Shown: positions 43,421 through 55,200 of the stretch, one piece after another | Numbering within the stretch: position 1 is the first letter of the stretch | Layout: each line of letters begins with the position of its first letter | NCBI GenBank assembly: GCA_002269645.1 | Contig: NIVC01001197.1 | Coordinates: 119,269 to 183,268, forward strand | Length of the DNA: 64,000 nt | Reading direction: 5' to 3' | From: Macrostomum lignano | Taxonomy: Eukaryota | The notes under the pieces: generated by a model | Told to the model about the DNA's origin: nothing | Seen by the model: the letters and a program-made list of their open reading frames with translations, nothing else | Databases searched by the model: none | Position numbers and translations under genes: made by a program

Positions 43421-44329
43421 GGAAGCGACTGCTGCAGAGAAGCTGTCGTCGTAGCTGCCGTCAAGGCGGAGAACGGAGTACTTGAGTTGTTGCAGGAATT
43501 TGATTTGATCTGAGAGATGTTATTTGCACCCTAGCAGGGCAAGGGACTGGCCGGCTTCCGAAGCGATGCCAGCGTAGCTTCAGTCTGCGGCAGGAGAGTG
43601 TGGCTGGATGGGATGTATTTCAGAGTGATGTTACGAAAACTGCACCCTTTTGCTCGTTCCAGCATGCGGAAGACCTGGCAATCGCCTTTTGCAGCAAGGC
43701 AAAGCTTTAAAGCCGACTCAAACTCAGATTTGCCAGTCCATCAACTTTCTCATGCAGCATAGTCTGTCGCGACATTCGAGTTTGCAGGCATTCATCAGCT
43801 CCGGTGACGGCAGACTCGGGACTCGTGCACTTGGCTACTCGACGTGCGCAGCGTTTGCGGCTGTGGCTGTAGCGTCTGCTGTTTTCAAGGCTGCGCTGGA
43901 CCCGAGTCATCTGCTGCGACTTTCTGCTGCTGCTGTGAATCGGCCTTGGAGCTTCCCTGTGGAGCCTCATATTTTAGCCGGCTGCTGGACGATGCTATAG
44001 CGGCCAATCTTTGCGCTGTCAGCCGAGAGAACTTTCGCAGGGCGATGCTGTCAACGATCTTCGTCTAGGTATAAAGGTAGCCCGGATTTCCGTTCGACTG
44101 TCCAATACGAATCAATTCTGATAGCGCTGTCATGTTGTTATTCTGTCCTGCATCCGCAAGAGTGCGGCAGCTCCGCTGTGTCCGCTTTCTGCGCTCCAAA
44201 ATTATCTCAGCCGCAGAGGAGAGAATGGTGAGGAGAGGAGATGAAAGACAGAGAAGAGAGAATTGAAAGAAGAGGGCTCAGAAGAAGAAACTAAACTTGA
44301 GCTGGCCGGATTGCAATTGTGAAGTTTTC

Positions 44330-44402
44330 ACGGACCCGAGGGCCGAATGAAGATGCTTCGCGGGCCACAGGCGGCCCGCTGGCCGCAGTTTGCCGACCCC
44401 TA
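44330..44402. mobile_element. Isolated hAT (Charlie-like) terminus
   Basis: The minus strand reads TAGGGGTCGGCAAACTGCGGCCAGCGGGCC, a typical hAT MITE end. Partner end not seen. Confidence 0.55.
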
Positions 44403-44643
44403 CTTCCGCACTATAGACATATGAGCTAGCTCCCCCTACACAGCCCCTGCATGTTTTCCATCCTGCACTTAGGAGAAGCTTGGGCGAGATTAACTGCAGG
44501 TCATACAGTATCCGGCGCGAGTTGTCTTTGCTCTCCCCAACAGACTGGCCTTCCGAGAAACCACTTTTTAATACCGGGTAGGGTTGCTCGCTTGACGACA
44601 ATCAAGTATAAAAAGCTCAAAATCAACATTTTCATTTTAATTT

Positions 44644-44683
44644 TGCCAATGCATTTCGACCACAATCGGTCATCTTCAGGGCA
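44644..44683 (-). ncRNA. Identical hammerhead ribozyme in the inverted pLTR
   Basis: Exact reverse complement of 45895-45934. Confidence 0.8.
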
Positions 44684-44842
44684 GACGCGTCAGTAAATCA
44701 CACAGAACCAAGTTATACATTTTATTGAAGAAAACAAAACGAAACTGTACAATGCCAAGTGCAAATCAATTTCAGTCCAGTCCGGTTAACAAGAGAAAGC
44801 CTGAATACAGTTCAACGAGACTGCCAACGTAGCTAAAACACA

Positions 44843-45745
44843 TTGAGTTGGCGGCTTGCACCCCCATGGCTAACTGGCTTTATTACCATCAATGCTACCC
44901 ATAAGAACATCAGGTCTACTTCTGAGGGTGGTGGTAAAAGACTTCCCTTTCTGGACATTGACGTTGATACGAGTAAAGGTTTGATTCAAACTAGCGTGTT
45001 TAGAAAAGCTAGCTTCACTGGCCTCATGCTTAGGTTCGATGCCCTCTGCCCTAGGCAATGGAAAGATGGTTTGGTGTGGTGTTTTCTCCAAAGAGCTTTT
45101 TTGATTTGCAGTTCCTGGAAGCTTTTTCATGAGGAGCTGGAACAGCTTACTCGGCTGCTGATGTTGAATGGATACCCTCGTGACCATATTTCCGGCATCA
45201 TTAATAGGTTTCTCTGCAAGAAGTTGTCTGGTCAAGATCATACTCAGAAGAATGATCTCAATAATGATCGTAGTCCCACCATTGTGGTTCCTTATTTAGG
45301 CCTCTGCTCCATAGAGTTTAGGAAGAAAGTGGAAAAATTATTTAGAAGTCACATTGATTCCCAGCTCCGGGTCTTGTTCCGTACGGAAAATATTGCTCAG
45401 TTTGTCTGCAGGTTGAAGTCCTGTGTTCCTGGACCACTTGTTGCAGGTGTCGTCTATAAATTTCATTGTTCTGTGGATCAGAACATCACCTACATTGGTA
45501 AAACTAAGCGACACCTGTACACAAGGGTTAAGGAACATTGGATTAGAAATTCTGTCATCAATGACCACCTCACGTGCAACTCCTGCTGCAATATGAACTG
45601 TTGTGATATGTTTAAAGTTATCGATTCCTGTAGCAAAGAAAACAAATTGAACATTCTCGAGGCGATGTACATTAAGGCTCAGAAGCCAAATTTGAACAGC
45701 CAGTTAGCCATGGGGGGTGCAAGCCGCCAACTCAATGTGTTTTAG
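44843..45745 (+). CDS. PLE RT C-terminus + GIY-YIG endonuclease (partial)
   Basis: HKNIRSTSE..LPFLDI..VFRK..NGYP; GVVYKFHC..YIGKTKRHLYTRVKEH..LEAMYIKAQKPNLN. The first ~12 aa derive from the inverted pLTR. Confidence 0.9.
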   Translation: MSWRLAPPWLTGFITINATHKNIRSTSEGGGKRLPFLDIDVDTSKGLIQTSVFRKASFTGLMLRFDALCPRQWKDGLVWCFLQRAFLICSSWKLFHEELEQLTRLLMLNGYPRDHISGIINRFLCKKLSGQDHTQKNDLNNDRSPTIVVPYLGLCSIEFRKKVEKLFRSHIDSQLRVLFRTENIAQFVCRLKSCVPGPLVAGVVYKFHCSVDQNITYIGKTKRHLYTRVKEHWIRNSVINDHLTCNSCCNMNCCDMFKVIDSCSKENKLNILEAMYIKAQKPNLNSQLAMGGASRQLNVF

Positions 45746-45894
45746 CTACGTTGGCAGTCTCGTTGAACTGTATTCAGGCTTTCTCTTGTTAACCGGACTG
45801 GACTGAAATTGATTTGCACTTGGCATTGTACAGTTTTGTTTTGTTTTCTTCAATAAAATGTATAACTTGGTTCTGTGTGATTTACTGACGCGTC

Positions 45895-45934
45895 TGCCCT
45901 GAAGATGACCGATTGTGGTCGAAATGCATTGGCA
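45895..45934 (+). ncRNA. Minimal type I hammerhead ribozyme
   Basis: TGCC-CTGAAGA-T-GACC(gattgt)GGTC-GAAA-TGCA-TT-GGCA: core, stem I (TGCC/GGCA), stem II, and palindromic ATGCAT stem III. Confidence 0.8.
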
Positions 45935-46300
45935 AAATTAAAATGAAAATGTTGATTTTGACCTTTCTATACTTTTTAATACACAGCCTGTGCTGAGGCG
46001 GTGTCAGCTACGCGCCAGGTGTGCGGGAATCGCGAGCGAAGACATCAAAGACACTGGCGACTGGAAGTGCGATGCGGTTCATTTCTGCGGTTCATTTCTG
46101 CTGTTTGTCGCATTGGGGCAGCGGTGCAGGCTGCGGGATTGACTGATTGCTTGTCTGCTTTCTTTTACGAGTAGTTTTCGCTGCTTGATCTCTTTTAGTC
46201 CTGTCTTTTACTGTCCTCTCCCCCCGTTTTGTGTTTGAAATTTTTTTTCGTGCCTCCCCTAGTCTTGCTTTCTAAATATTGCTTTCTTTCTTAGTGACTC

Positions 46301-48030
46301 CCTTCCACCTTGTTGGTCGTTACTCGTAAGGGCGCTTTAAACTGCGGGGGTAAGGTGGTGGCTGGGGAGTGTTCGTGTGACGTTGGTGTGTTGGAAGGGG
46401 GTGCCGTGCTCGGGTTGCTATTTAGTCCACTCTCCGCGTGTACTCAATTTTTTCAGCCGTCTTTTTTGGACGATTTAATGCTTTGTAACGATAAATTTGT
46501 CCACAAGTTTTGGTTTGCACAGATTTTTGTTTTTTATCACCACTGTGTGTAGTAAAGTTACACTGAGCTTTAATTATCAAGTCGGTTTTGACCATCATGT
46601 TCGTACTTTATTTAATGAGTTTGCTGCTGCATGCTTTCAATTTAAATGGATGCAAAACCGCCATGTTTCAGTCAGTAAAACATGCAGTTTCCAGAGAAAA
46701 CTTAATCCTCTCCGTTGGTGTCAAGAATTAAACCGTTTAAATTCTTTGCTTAGGCTATCCGCAACTTTTGTGAGTATATATCATACAGGCTAAATCTTTA
46801 ATTTCTGTGCTCTTAACTGAGTCTTTTTAGAATCAAGGATTCTGCTCGACAAACTATTTTCTCCAAGCTTGTAAAGTTTAGCTTTGCAAAATGGCCTCAT
46901 TTTCGTAGATCAAAAACAAGTTATACGCTCGTACCTGGATTGCTTCTTGAGCACTCCTTGTGTTTGCGCTCAAAATCGGCTACAATGCGAGACCCCTGAC
47001 AGTGAAAAATGCCTTGAAACATCTCTTTCCTCTCTGATCCTTCGACTATTTTAAGATTCTTCGTTTAATTGTTTGAAAATTTCTGTGAAAGCCTGGGTGA
47101 GAGAAAAAGCATCTAATTGGTGCACGTAATGAGACCGCCAGAATCCGTGTTTCTAATATTTTTTCTATTTTTTAGTACAAAGCAAGCCTTCCTTGCCACT
47201 GTGTTGGTCGTAGGGCATTTAAACTGGAGGGGGGGGGTGAGATAGTTGGCTTGGGTGGAATGTGTGCGTGTGACGTTGTTGTGTTGGGGTGGGGAGCTGC
47301 CGTGCGCGGGTGCTATTTAGTCCAGCCTCCGCTTGTGCTCAATCTTTTTCTGGCGTTTTTTCTTCGACCATTCGATTCTTAGCAACAATAAAAATTGTTT
47401 GCAAGTTTTGTTTCGGGCCACCTCTGGTCTTGCACTTTTCCTTTCCCCGCGGTCTAAGTAAAATTGCACCGCGCTTTAATTATTAAGTTGGTCATGACCA
47501 TCATGTTTTTACTGTATTTGATTAGTTCGCTGCTGCATGCCACATTTTGACCTTTATTTAAAAGGATGAAAAGCGCCATGTTTCAGTCACTAAAATACGA
47601 GTATGCAGCTTGCAGGCTATATCTTCAATGTATGTGCTCTTAATTCAGCAATGAGTCTGTTTAGAATCACGGATTCTGCTCAAAACAGTTTTCCAAGTTC
47701 ATAAAGTTTAGCATTGCAAAATGGTCTCAATTTTGTAGAGCAAAAACGAATAATACCCTGTTTGCTTCTTGGGCACTACTTGTGTTTGCGCTCTCAAAAT
47801 GCTACAATACGAGACCCACTAGCCATATATGAGTGAACAAATGCCTTGAAAACCCTTTAAAAAAGCTCTCTTATCTTTTTCCTTTCGACCCATTTAAAGA
47901 TGCTTCATTTAATTGTTTGTGAATTTCTGTGTAAACCCTGGGTAAGCCTGGGTAAGAGAAAACGCATTGGTGCACGCCATGAGAAAGCCTAGCATCCGTG
48001 TTTCTAATACTTTTCTAGTATAAAACAGGC
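46301..48030. repeat. Old tandem duplication of an ~885-bp non-coding unit (46301-47186 and 47187-48030)
   Basis: Collinear shared blocks such as gctatttagtcca, catgtttcagtca, ggattctgctc, aatgccttgaaa, ccgtgtttctaata. Confidence 0.85.
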
Positions 48031-48224
48031 CTTGTTGAGAAAAAATCTCTCAGAAGCAAGTGCAACAGAATTTTCCTTGCGATTTCGAAAAACCCAGAGA
48101 GTTCTGAAATATTTTAATATGACCTACCAGCAGGAATGCAGTAAGTTTATTGGGTTCGAAATAACAAAACTAGAAAATAACTTACCCATTTATTATTACT
48201 TCTCTTTCAATTTTTTTGTCGCAG

Positions 48225-48302
48225 AAATAACACTTTGGCAGCTTGGCTTCGTTGCTTGTGCCTTGTTCATCTTTCTGCCAATGTGCAGCAGTCAAACTGT
48301 CT
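48225..48302 (+). CDS. Gene 2 signal-peptide exon
   Basis: cgcag|AA ATA..ITLWQLGFVACALFIFLPMCSSQTV T|gtaagt, phase 1-1. The ATG exon upstream was not located. Confidence 0.65.
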
Positions 48303-49490
48303 GTAAGTTACTCATGTTCTTTGCTGATAACTCGCATTTTATAACAAACATTTTCTTCGCTTTCACTTCTGCATTTTCATCACCGTGGTTAATCTACTTT
48401 AGCTCTTGAAAGTTGCCTTGAGGCTACTCATAAAGAGTTAGCTCACTAGGGGAGAAAGAGAAAGAGACAGAAAGAAAGAGATAGAGAGAAATAACGTCTA
48501 GTGTCAAACGCACGAACTCCCACTTCCAGACCGCAAGTCTGAGCACAGAATTTGGGAACAGAGTTGTCTCATCTTTATCGGGCAGATTCTTAGAGCTGGT
48601 CTCGTTAACGTCGCTTCCTCCGAAGTTTCTTGAATCCTGAAGTCGGTCGGGTATGAGGGCACTTTAGTGAACGTAATAACTTAATTATCGACGTCACTGT
48701 ATTTTTCGAGACAAGTATTCAGAATCAGAGATGCGCCCTAATAATAAAATGAGTTCTATAACAGTGACAAGGTCCTCCAGAAGGGCGTCTTCTTAAAGAA
48801 ATACCAGAATCGGAGTCTTGTGCCCCTATCGATTACTCGATCGAGGGTACCAAAAGTCAATCAAATCAATAATAGTCTAAGAGTATCGGAATCGGTCCAA
48901 ATGGATCCTGTCCAATCCCTTAGGATTACGATTAGGTTTTAGATAGGGAGGCCTTTAATTCAATAAATCAACAGAAATCAACTGATCAATCACGGCCGGT
49001 AATGTCTTTGCTCTCACTAATCAAATAACTGTGACTTCAACAAACTCTTATCGATCGGTACGCACTTCTCTCAGAGATGTAGCCTCGTAGTTCTTGATAA
49101 GTCTCAAGTTCTCTTAAGGCTGCTCAAAGTCTGGGATTTCAGCTCGAATTTTGAGCTTGTATTTCCACACAATTTTAAGCCGGTTACGAAAGGAATATTA
49201 TCATTTGGCAGATGTGGTTTTTGAATAGAAAGGGTGAGACTAAGGTCATTTTGAGGTTAGCATTTGCCATATTTGGATGTTCTAAAATTGGATGTTGAGA
49301 AGTTGAGAACCGGTTTTTTGGACAATGGGTTGGTCACCGACTGTTTTTGTGATATAGCAAAAAGGAGGTATGAACGCATGGTATTTAAAATTTGTGTTTT
49401 AGATATTTTTATCTTACTACTTCTAGTAGTCTCAATCTAGTAGCATCAATAACTCATTAGTCTTCACTAACCGGACCAACCATTGCGCAG

Positions 49491-49853
49491 ACTGCAGCGG
49501 CGGGCTCCAGCGGCTGTCAGCTGAGGCCGGTGGCGAAATCGCCAGCCACAGCGGAGTCGGCACAACAAACTACAGCAGCAACTCGCAGTGCTACTGGCAG
49601 CTCGATGCGCCGCCTGGCAAAAGAGTCATAGTCTGGTTCACCTACATGGATCTCGAGTGGCCAAACGACAGAGTGACTCTGTACGACGGCCTGACAACGT
49701 CAGCCGAAATTGCAGTCGTTAGCGCAAGGGACTCATTTGGCTACGAGTCGCCGAAGTTCGTTTCATCCGCAAACACTCTGACAGTGAATTTTTATTCGAA
49801 TAGCCAATACGCCAGAAAAGGATTTCGTTTAGAGTACAACGCCACCGTATCAG
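49491..49853 (+). CDS. Gene 2 CUB exon (type A)
   Basis: cgcag|AC TGC; CSGG..GEIASHSGVG..NSQCYWQLDAPPGK..LYDG..FYSNSQYARKGF; TCA G|gtaagt. Confidence 0.9.
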
Positions 49854-50314
49854 GTAAGTTGCTTGTGTTATACTGTCCTGAGTCATTTGGCGGGGGAGTC
49901 ATTAATAGCTATGGGGAGCATGACAGCGCTCTGTCCTCCCGCCCAACCTTGTGACCCGTTATGGACATCATGAATTTTGATTCAGGGCGCCAAAATACGA
50001 GTACGCTCGTATCTACAATGAGTGCCTTCGACGTCAAAATGAGTGCTAACAAGACTGATTCCCAAAATAAAGTGGGAATTTATTGATTTAAAGCTCCTGG
50101 CTTTGAACCCTACCATAAAATCGCCCCTGATTTCAGACATCTATAAAAAATTGTTTGGAATCATTGGATCATAATTATAATTATAATTATAATTATAATC
50201 ACGAGTATAATATAGGTGCGATTGGAAGGGTGCATCGATGATGCTTTTGATTTTATTCTTGTTAACCTTTATATAACTGACAGACTTCTTCTTCCTTAAT
50301 CAAAACTTCTCCAG

Positions 50315-50686
50315 CTAACAGCAGCGCTTGCGGACCAGTCACGTTTGATGACGTTTCCAACTCTTCCGGAATGATTGTCAGCCACCCCGGCTACGACCAA
50401 CACAGTTTATACGCTGCAAGCATGTCCTGCAGCTGGACTTTGCCATCGGTGTCCGGAAAGTTTTACCAGCTCTTCGTTGGCAACGTGTCTCTTGGAAATG
50501 GAGATTGCCTGTCTGTAAATCAAGGCACAGCGTCAGTGACAGGTGGCAGTTCGAATGTGAATTTGTGCGGCTTGAGAGCTGTCACTGACATGACGCTTCA
50601 GGTGGATGGCAACTTCATCATCAGGTTTAGTTCCAATGGAGTTTATGAGTCCACGGGCTTTCAAATCAAGCTTGAATTGGCAAACT
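50315..50686 (+). CDS. Gene 2 CUB exon (type B, paralog of 9678-10052)
   Basis: tccag|CT AAC; about 18 differences over ~107 aa versus the gene 1 exon; AAC T|gtgagt. Confidence 0.92.
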
Positions 50687-51069
50687 GTGAGTTTTGTAAT
50701 GAAACTCAATTACTAATTAGTTATCTATGTATATTTCTTGTTTGTAAACTGCTTGACGGTTTATTTTATAACAGGTTTGACGAACTTAAGTCGCTTCGCG
50801 ATGCGAGACTCATAGTAAAAAAATGGGCTAGAAATGAGAATTCGAGTTAAAAATCAATAATTGCATGCATCGTACGCCCTCTTTAACAACATTAGATATA
50901 TGATATACGAGCGTATATGCAATACTCATAGTGCTTTGAGTGGTCTGTAATATTTACATAATTATGTTTTCATTCACAGTGTGATATTGGAGTGATTTTG
51001 AATATAAAAGATCGTTGTTTTGCTTTTTCTGCTCTCTTCATTAAATATAAATGTTTTTGTAAATTTTAG

Positions 51070-51417
51070 ACTGTCCAGACAACCGCAACTTGACTGACAG
51101 CGCAGGTGAAATAGTAAGCCACAGTGGCGTCGGAGTATCCTATTATTGGAACAATGCACGGTGTGTCTGGTACATTTCGGCACCGCCTGGTCAGCAGGTT
51201 GAGTTCTGGTTTTCTTATTTTAATTTAGGGTACAATGACTCCGTCACCATTCGAAACATGGAAGAGTCTTCGAGCACAATTGCACGCCTCCATAGGGACC
51301 ACTTGCCTTCGCTCTCGAGGTATATATCCACAACACGTGCTATCAGCATAACATTTACTACAGACGACATGTACACAGGTCTCGGATTTCGGCTTCATTA
51401 CAACTTTACCCAGTTAT
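51070..51417 (+). CDS. Gene 2 CUB exon (type C, paralog of 10628-10987)
   Basis: tttag|AC TGT; CPDNRNLTDSAGEIVSHSGVG..GLGFRLHYNFTQ; TTA T|gtaagt. Confidence 0.92.
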
Positions 51418-52134
51418 GTAAGTTTAAATCAAGCCGCTACGCTGGTAAAGACTCAAAATGCGAGGCAGCAAGTTTTCAGTTTTTTAGGACGAATATCCGA
51501 ATAGTTAAATAATTCTACCGTCCCGGTCTTTTAGTTGCAAAAAAGGAAGAATATGCTTTTTGAAGAATTTTATTAAAGTTGACTTATCTACTTTTACTGA
51601 AATGCTGGAGACCGGCAAGCAGGCAAAACTGTTCCTAAGTTTCCTGGCTGTAATTTTTTTAATTTTCTGAACCGAATTCCTCTACATTTTGTCGAAAACC
51701 TTTTTAGCGTAGCAAAAAGACAAAACATTGGGAAATTTATATGCTGAGCTTTGCCTAGCTCTCTCCATTAATACTTTTTCAAAGCTTCAAATGATACTTA
51801 ACCGAAAAGTATGTTCAATCCAGAAGTAAAGCGCACCCTGTTACAAGTAAGATTTGCAAACCAGATACTCGTACTGTTGTGACTTTTAGTGCAAATAAAG
51901 TAGAGTTGAAAACGCTTAATTGAAGTTTGTAGTTACCGAGAGAGGGATGGAGCTAGAGTGCCCGTGCGCGAGCCCAAATAGCTGATAAGCCGATTTCATT
52001 GATTTGCATAGTTAAGAGAAGGGGGGGGGGGTTGAACGTACATTTAAGGGGAAGGTAACCGATGGATGGACGACGGGGGTGGCGTACATGGGGGCCGAGG
52101 TGCTGATCAATCTTAATACTAAAAGTGGTGCCAT

Positions 52135-52162
52135 CTCTATCTATCTATCTCTATCTATCTTC

Positions 52163-52210
<48 letters not shown>
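52135..52210. repeat. (TCTA)n microsatellite at the 5' junction of the array
   Basis: Read directly. Confidence 0.95.
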
Positions 52211-52211
<1 letters not shown>

Positions 52212-55200
52212 ATATACTAAATTTGACGTGTTGTTTGTCTGTCTGTGTGTGTGTGTGTCATTTCGACAACTCCTCCTTGAATAGTGGCAACTCAGCGTTG
52301 AAACTTATATGGGAAGATTGGAAATTATCCGAGGTCGGCTATAGGCTATTTTAATTCTGAAATTTTAATTTCTAAGATCCTCAAAAAAGCAGAAAACGGC
52401 GGTCTTGACCTTTAATAATCTTAATTGTCCCCTCTTTCTGCTTGGAGCTGAAAAATGCATGAATTTTTAGTCATTGCGCCACAACTTTTCCCTATCTCTG
52501 TAGTGTATTTTCTTTCCAGTGGGGGGTGGGAGCGTTCTCAGTGGCTGCGTGTGTACACTTGGACCCTGGCTCACTGGCTGACTTTATAGATAATTGCGCA
52601 ATGATATGGCTACTGATAAGTTTTCCTGCCTTTCAATGGGCAGTCCTGTGTATTTGTTGGACATTGAAATTCAATGCATCAACTTTCAAGCAGGCAGTGA
52701 ACGTACACTCGATACTTCAATGCTATAAATCAGACAGTTTCAAACGCTATCTGTTCCTCGAGTTTTCAACTTTGAGAGGAGAAACTTATATTGCTGGCAA
52801 GATCTTGCAACGCTGAGTTCGGGGATATAAGTTGTTTGCTTTAAATATGAAAAGAAAAAGCACAGCTTTAACTTTCTGCAAAGATTGTACTTTAATCTGC
52901 AAAGATTGTTGGGGGGAGGGTTCAACTTCTCACTGCTGCTGTGTATTGGAGGGTCGATTTAGATTGCGCAATGTTTTTGTTAACTTTACCTGAGGCTGAT
53001 ACTGACTGACTGTGAAATCGGTTGCGCAATGAATTGATTCAATTAGTTCAATATTTTTATCTGTGCCTTTTAACACGAAGCTGTGCGTAGTTCTAACCCT
53101 AACCCTAACCCTAACCCTAACCCTAATGAATCTGGCGAGTTGAGTTGTTTGACGGAAAAAATTCGATTAAGTCAAGTTTAGCGGAGACGATTTCAATGTT
53201 TAAATTCTGACGGAGAAGATTTCTGTTTCGTGGAGAGGATTTCGATGATGTTCAGTTTCACGAAAGGATTTCCATGGTGTTCAGTTTCACGGAGAGGATT
53301 TCGATCATGTTCAGCTTCACGGAGAGGCTTTCTGTTTCGCGGAGATAATTTATGATTGATTTCTGTTTTATGGAAACAATTTTGATGGATTTAAGTTTCA
53401 AGGAGAGGATTTCGAAGGAGTCCAGTTTCACTGAGAGGATTTCGATGGTTTTTAGTTGCACAGACAGGATTTTTGCTTCGCGGAGAGGATCTTGATGGAT
53501 TTGGCATCTTCAATCAGTCAGAGAAGAGAGTAAAGAGAAGACTGAAAAGAGAAGAGAGAAGAGATGATAGAAAACAGAGTATAATTGAGTGGAGAGATTA
53601 GACATGACAGATTGGAGATGATAGGAGAGAGAATAGATGAGGGATAAGAGCGTACAGAGGCAATATAAGAGAGGGGAGAGTAGAGGAGAAAGAAAGAGTG
53701 AGATGAGGAGATGAGGGATGAGAGAGGAGGGGAGAGAGGAGACAGGAGAGAGTACAGACGAAAGACTAGGGAGAAGATATAAATAAGGTAGTAAAGATGA
53801 GAGGAGAGAGAGGAGAGAGAAGCGAAAGGAGAAGAGAGTGAGGAGAGAGGAGAGAGATGAAAGGAGCAAGGAAAGGAGAAAAGAGAGAATGGAGAGAATA
53901 GAAAAGAGAGAAGAGAAGAGACAGGGATAGTGAAAAGGAGGAAGAAAGATGGGAGACAAGAAAGTAGTGTCAGAGCGTATATGAAATATGAGAAATGAGA
54001 GCAGAGAGAAGAGAAAAGAGAAGAGAGAGAGAGGGTTAAGAGAGACGATAGATAAGTGAGTAGAGATGACATATGAGAGAGGAGAGAAGAGGGAGAGATA
54101 AGAGTGAAGAGAGGAGACAGAAGACAGGAGAAGGTACAGACGAAAGACGAGGGAGAAGAGATAAATAAGGGAGCATGGGTAGAGATGAGATGAGAGAGAG
54201 GAGAGAGGAGATATGAGAGACTTGAGAGTCTTTGAGCTATGGTCTTTGAAAGATTTTGTAAAGAATTTGGAGACGATTTGGAAGATAGGGTTAAAGACAT
54301 GGAATTTCAGTTGATGGATATTTCAGGGAATAGAATTCCGGTGATGGGAGTTCTTCCCCTTTCTCCTCCGAAGGAGGAGTTCCACTTCTATCTATATATA
54401 CTAAAGTTGACGCGTTGTTTGTCTGTCTGTCTGTCATTTCGACAACTCCTCCTTGAATAGTGGCAACTCAGCGTTGAAACTTATATGGGAAGATTGGAAA
54501 TTATCCGAGGTCGGCTATAGGCTATTTTAATTCTGAAATTTTAATTTCTAAGATCCTCAAAAAAGCAGAAAACTTGAATCTTGACCTTTGATAATCTTAA
54601 TTGTCCCCTCTTTCTGCTCGGAGCTGAAAATTTGCATGAATTTTAAGTGATTGCGCCATAAAATTTTGCTACCTTGGCAGTGTATTTTCTCTCCAGTGGG
54701 GGATGGGGCGTTCTAAATGGCTGCATGTGTACAATCGGACCCTGGCTCACCGGCTGACTTTATAGACAATTGCGCAAAGATTTGTGTTCTAATTTTCAAT
54801 AGGCAGCCCTGTGATTTTGTTGAACCTTGAAATTCAATGCATAAACTTGCGGGCCTCTTTAGCAGGCAGTGAACGTACAATCGATATTTCAATGCTTTAA
54901 ATCAGAAAGTTTCAAACGCTAACTGTTGCTCGAGTTTTTAACTTTGAGAGAAAAAATTAATATTGCTGGAAAGAACTTGCAAAGCTGATTTCAGGGATAT
55001 AAATTGTTTGCTTTAAATATGAAAAGAAAAAGCACAGCATTGAAAAAACTATTTCCATACTTTTAACTTTCTGCAAAAATTGTACTCAGTTTTGCGAGAC
55101 GTAATAGATAAAGTTTGGGGGAGGGTTCAACTTCTTACTGCTGCTGTGTATTGGAGGGTTGATTTAGATTGCGCAATGTTTTTGTTAACTTTAACTGAGA

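Larger units (their letters stand above)
44604..45974 (+). mobile_element. 5'-truncated Penelope-like element with inverted pLTRs
   Basis: 44604-44879 is the reverse complement of 45698-45974. The intervening ORF encodes an RT thumb and a GIY-YIG domain. Confidence 0.93.

Noticed and set aside
48502-49190. Possible solo LTR (TGTCAAAC start)
   Set aside because: The other end is non-canonical and the flanks do not match as a TSD.
53093-53126. (TAACCC)n as a true telomere
   Set aside because: Only about 5 repeats, internal and repeated in each array unit.
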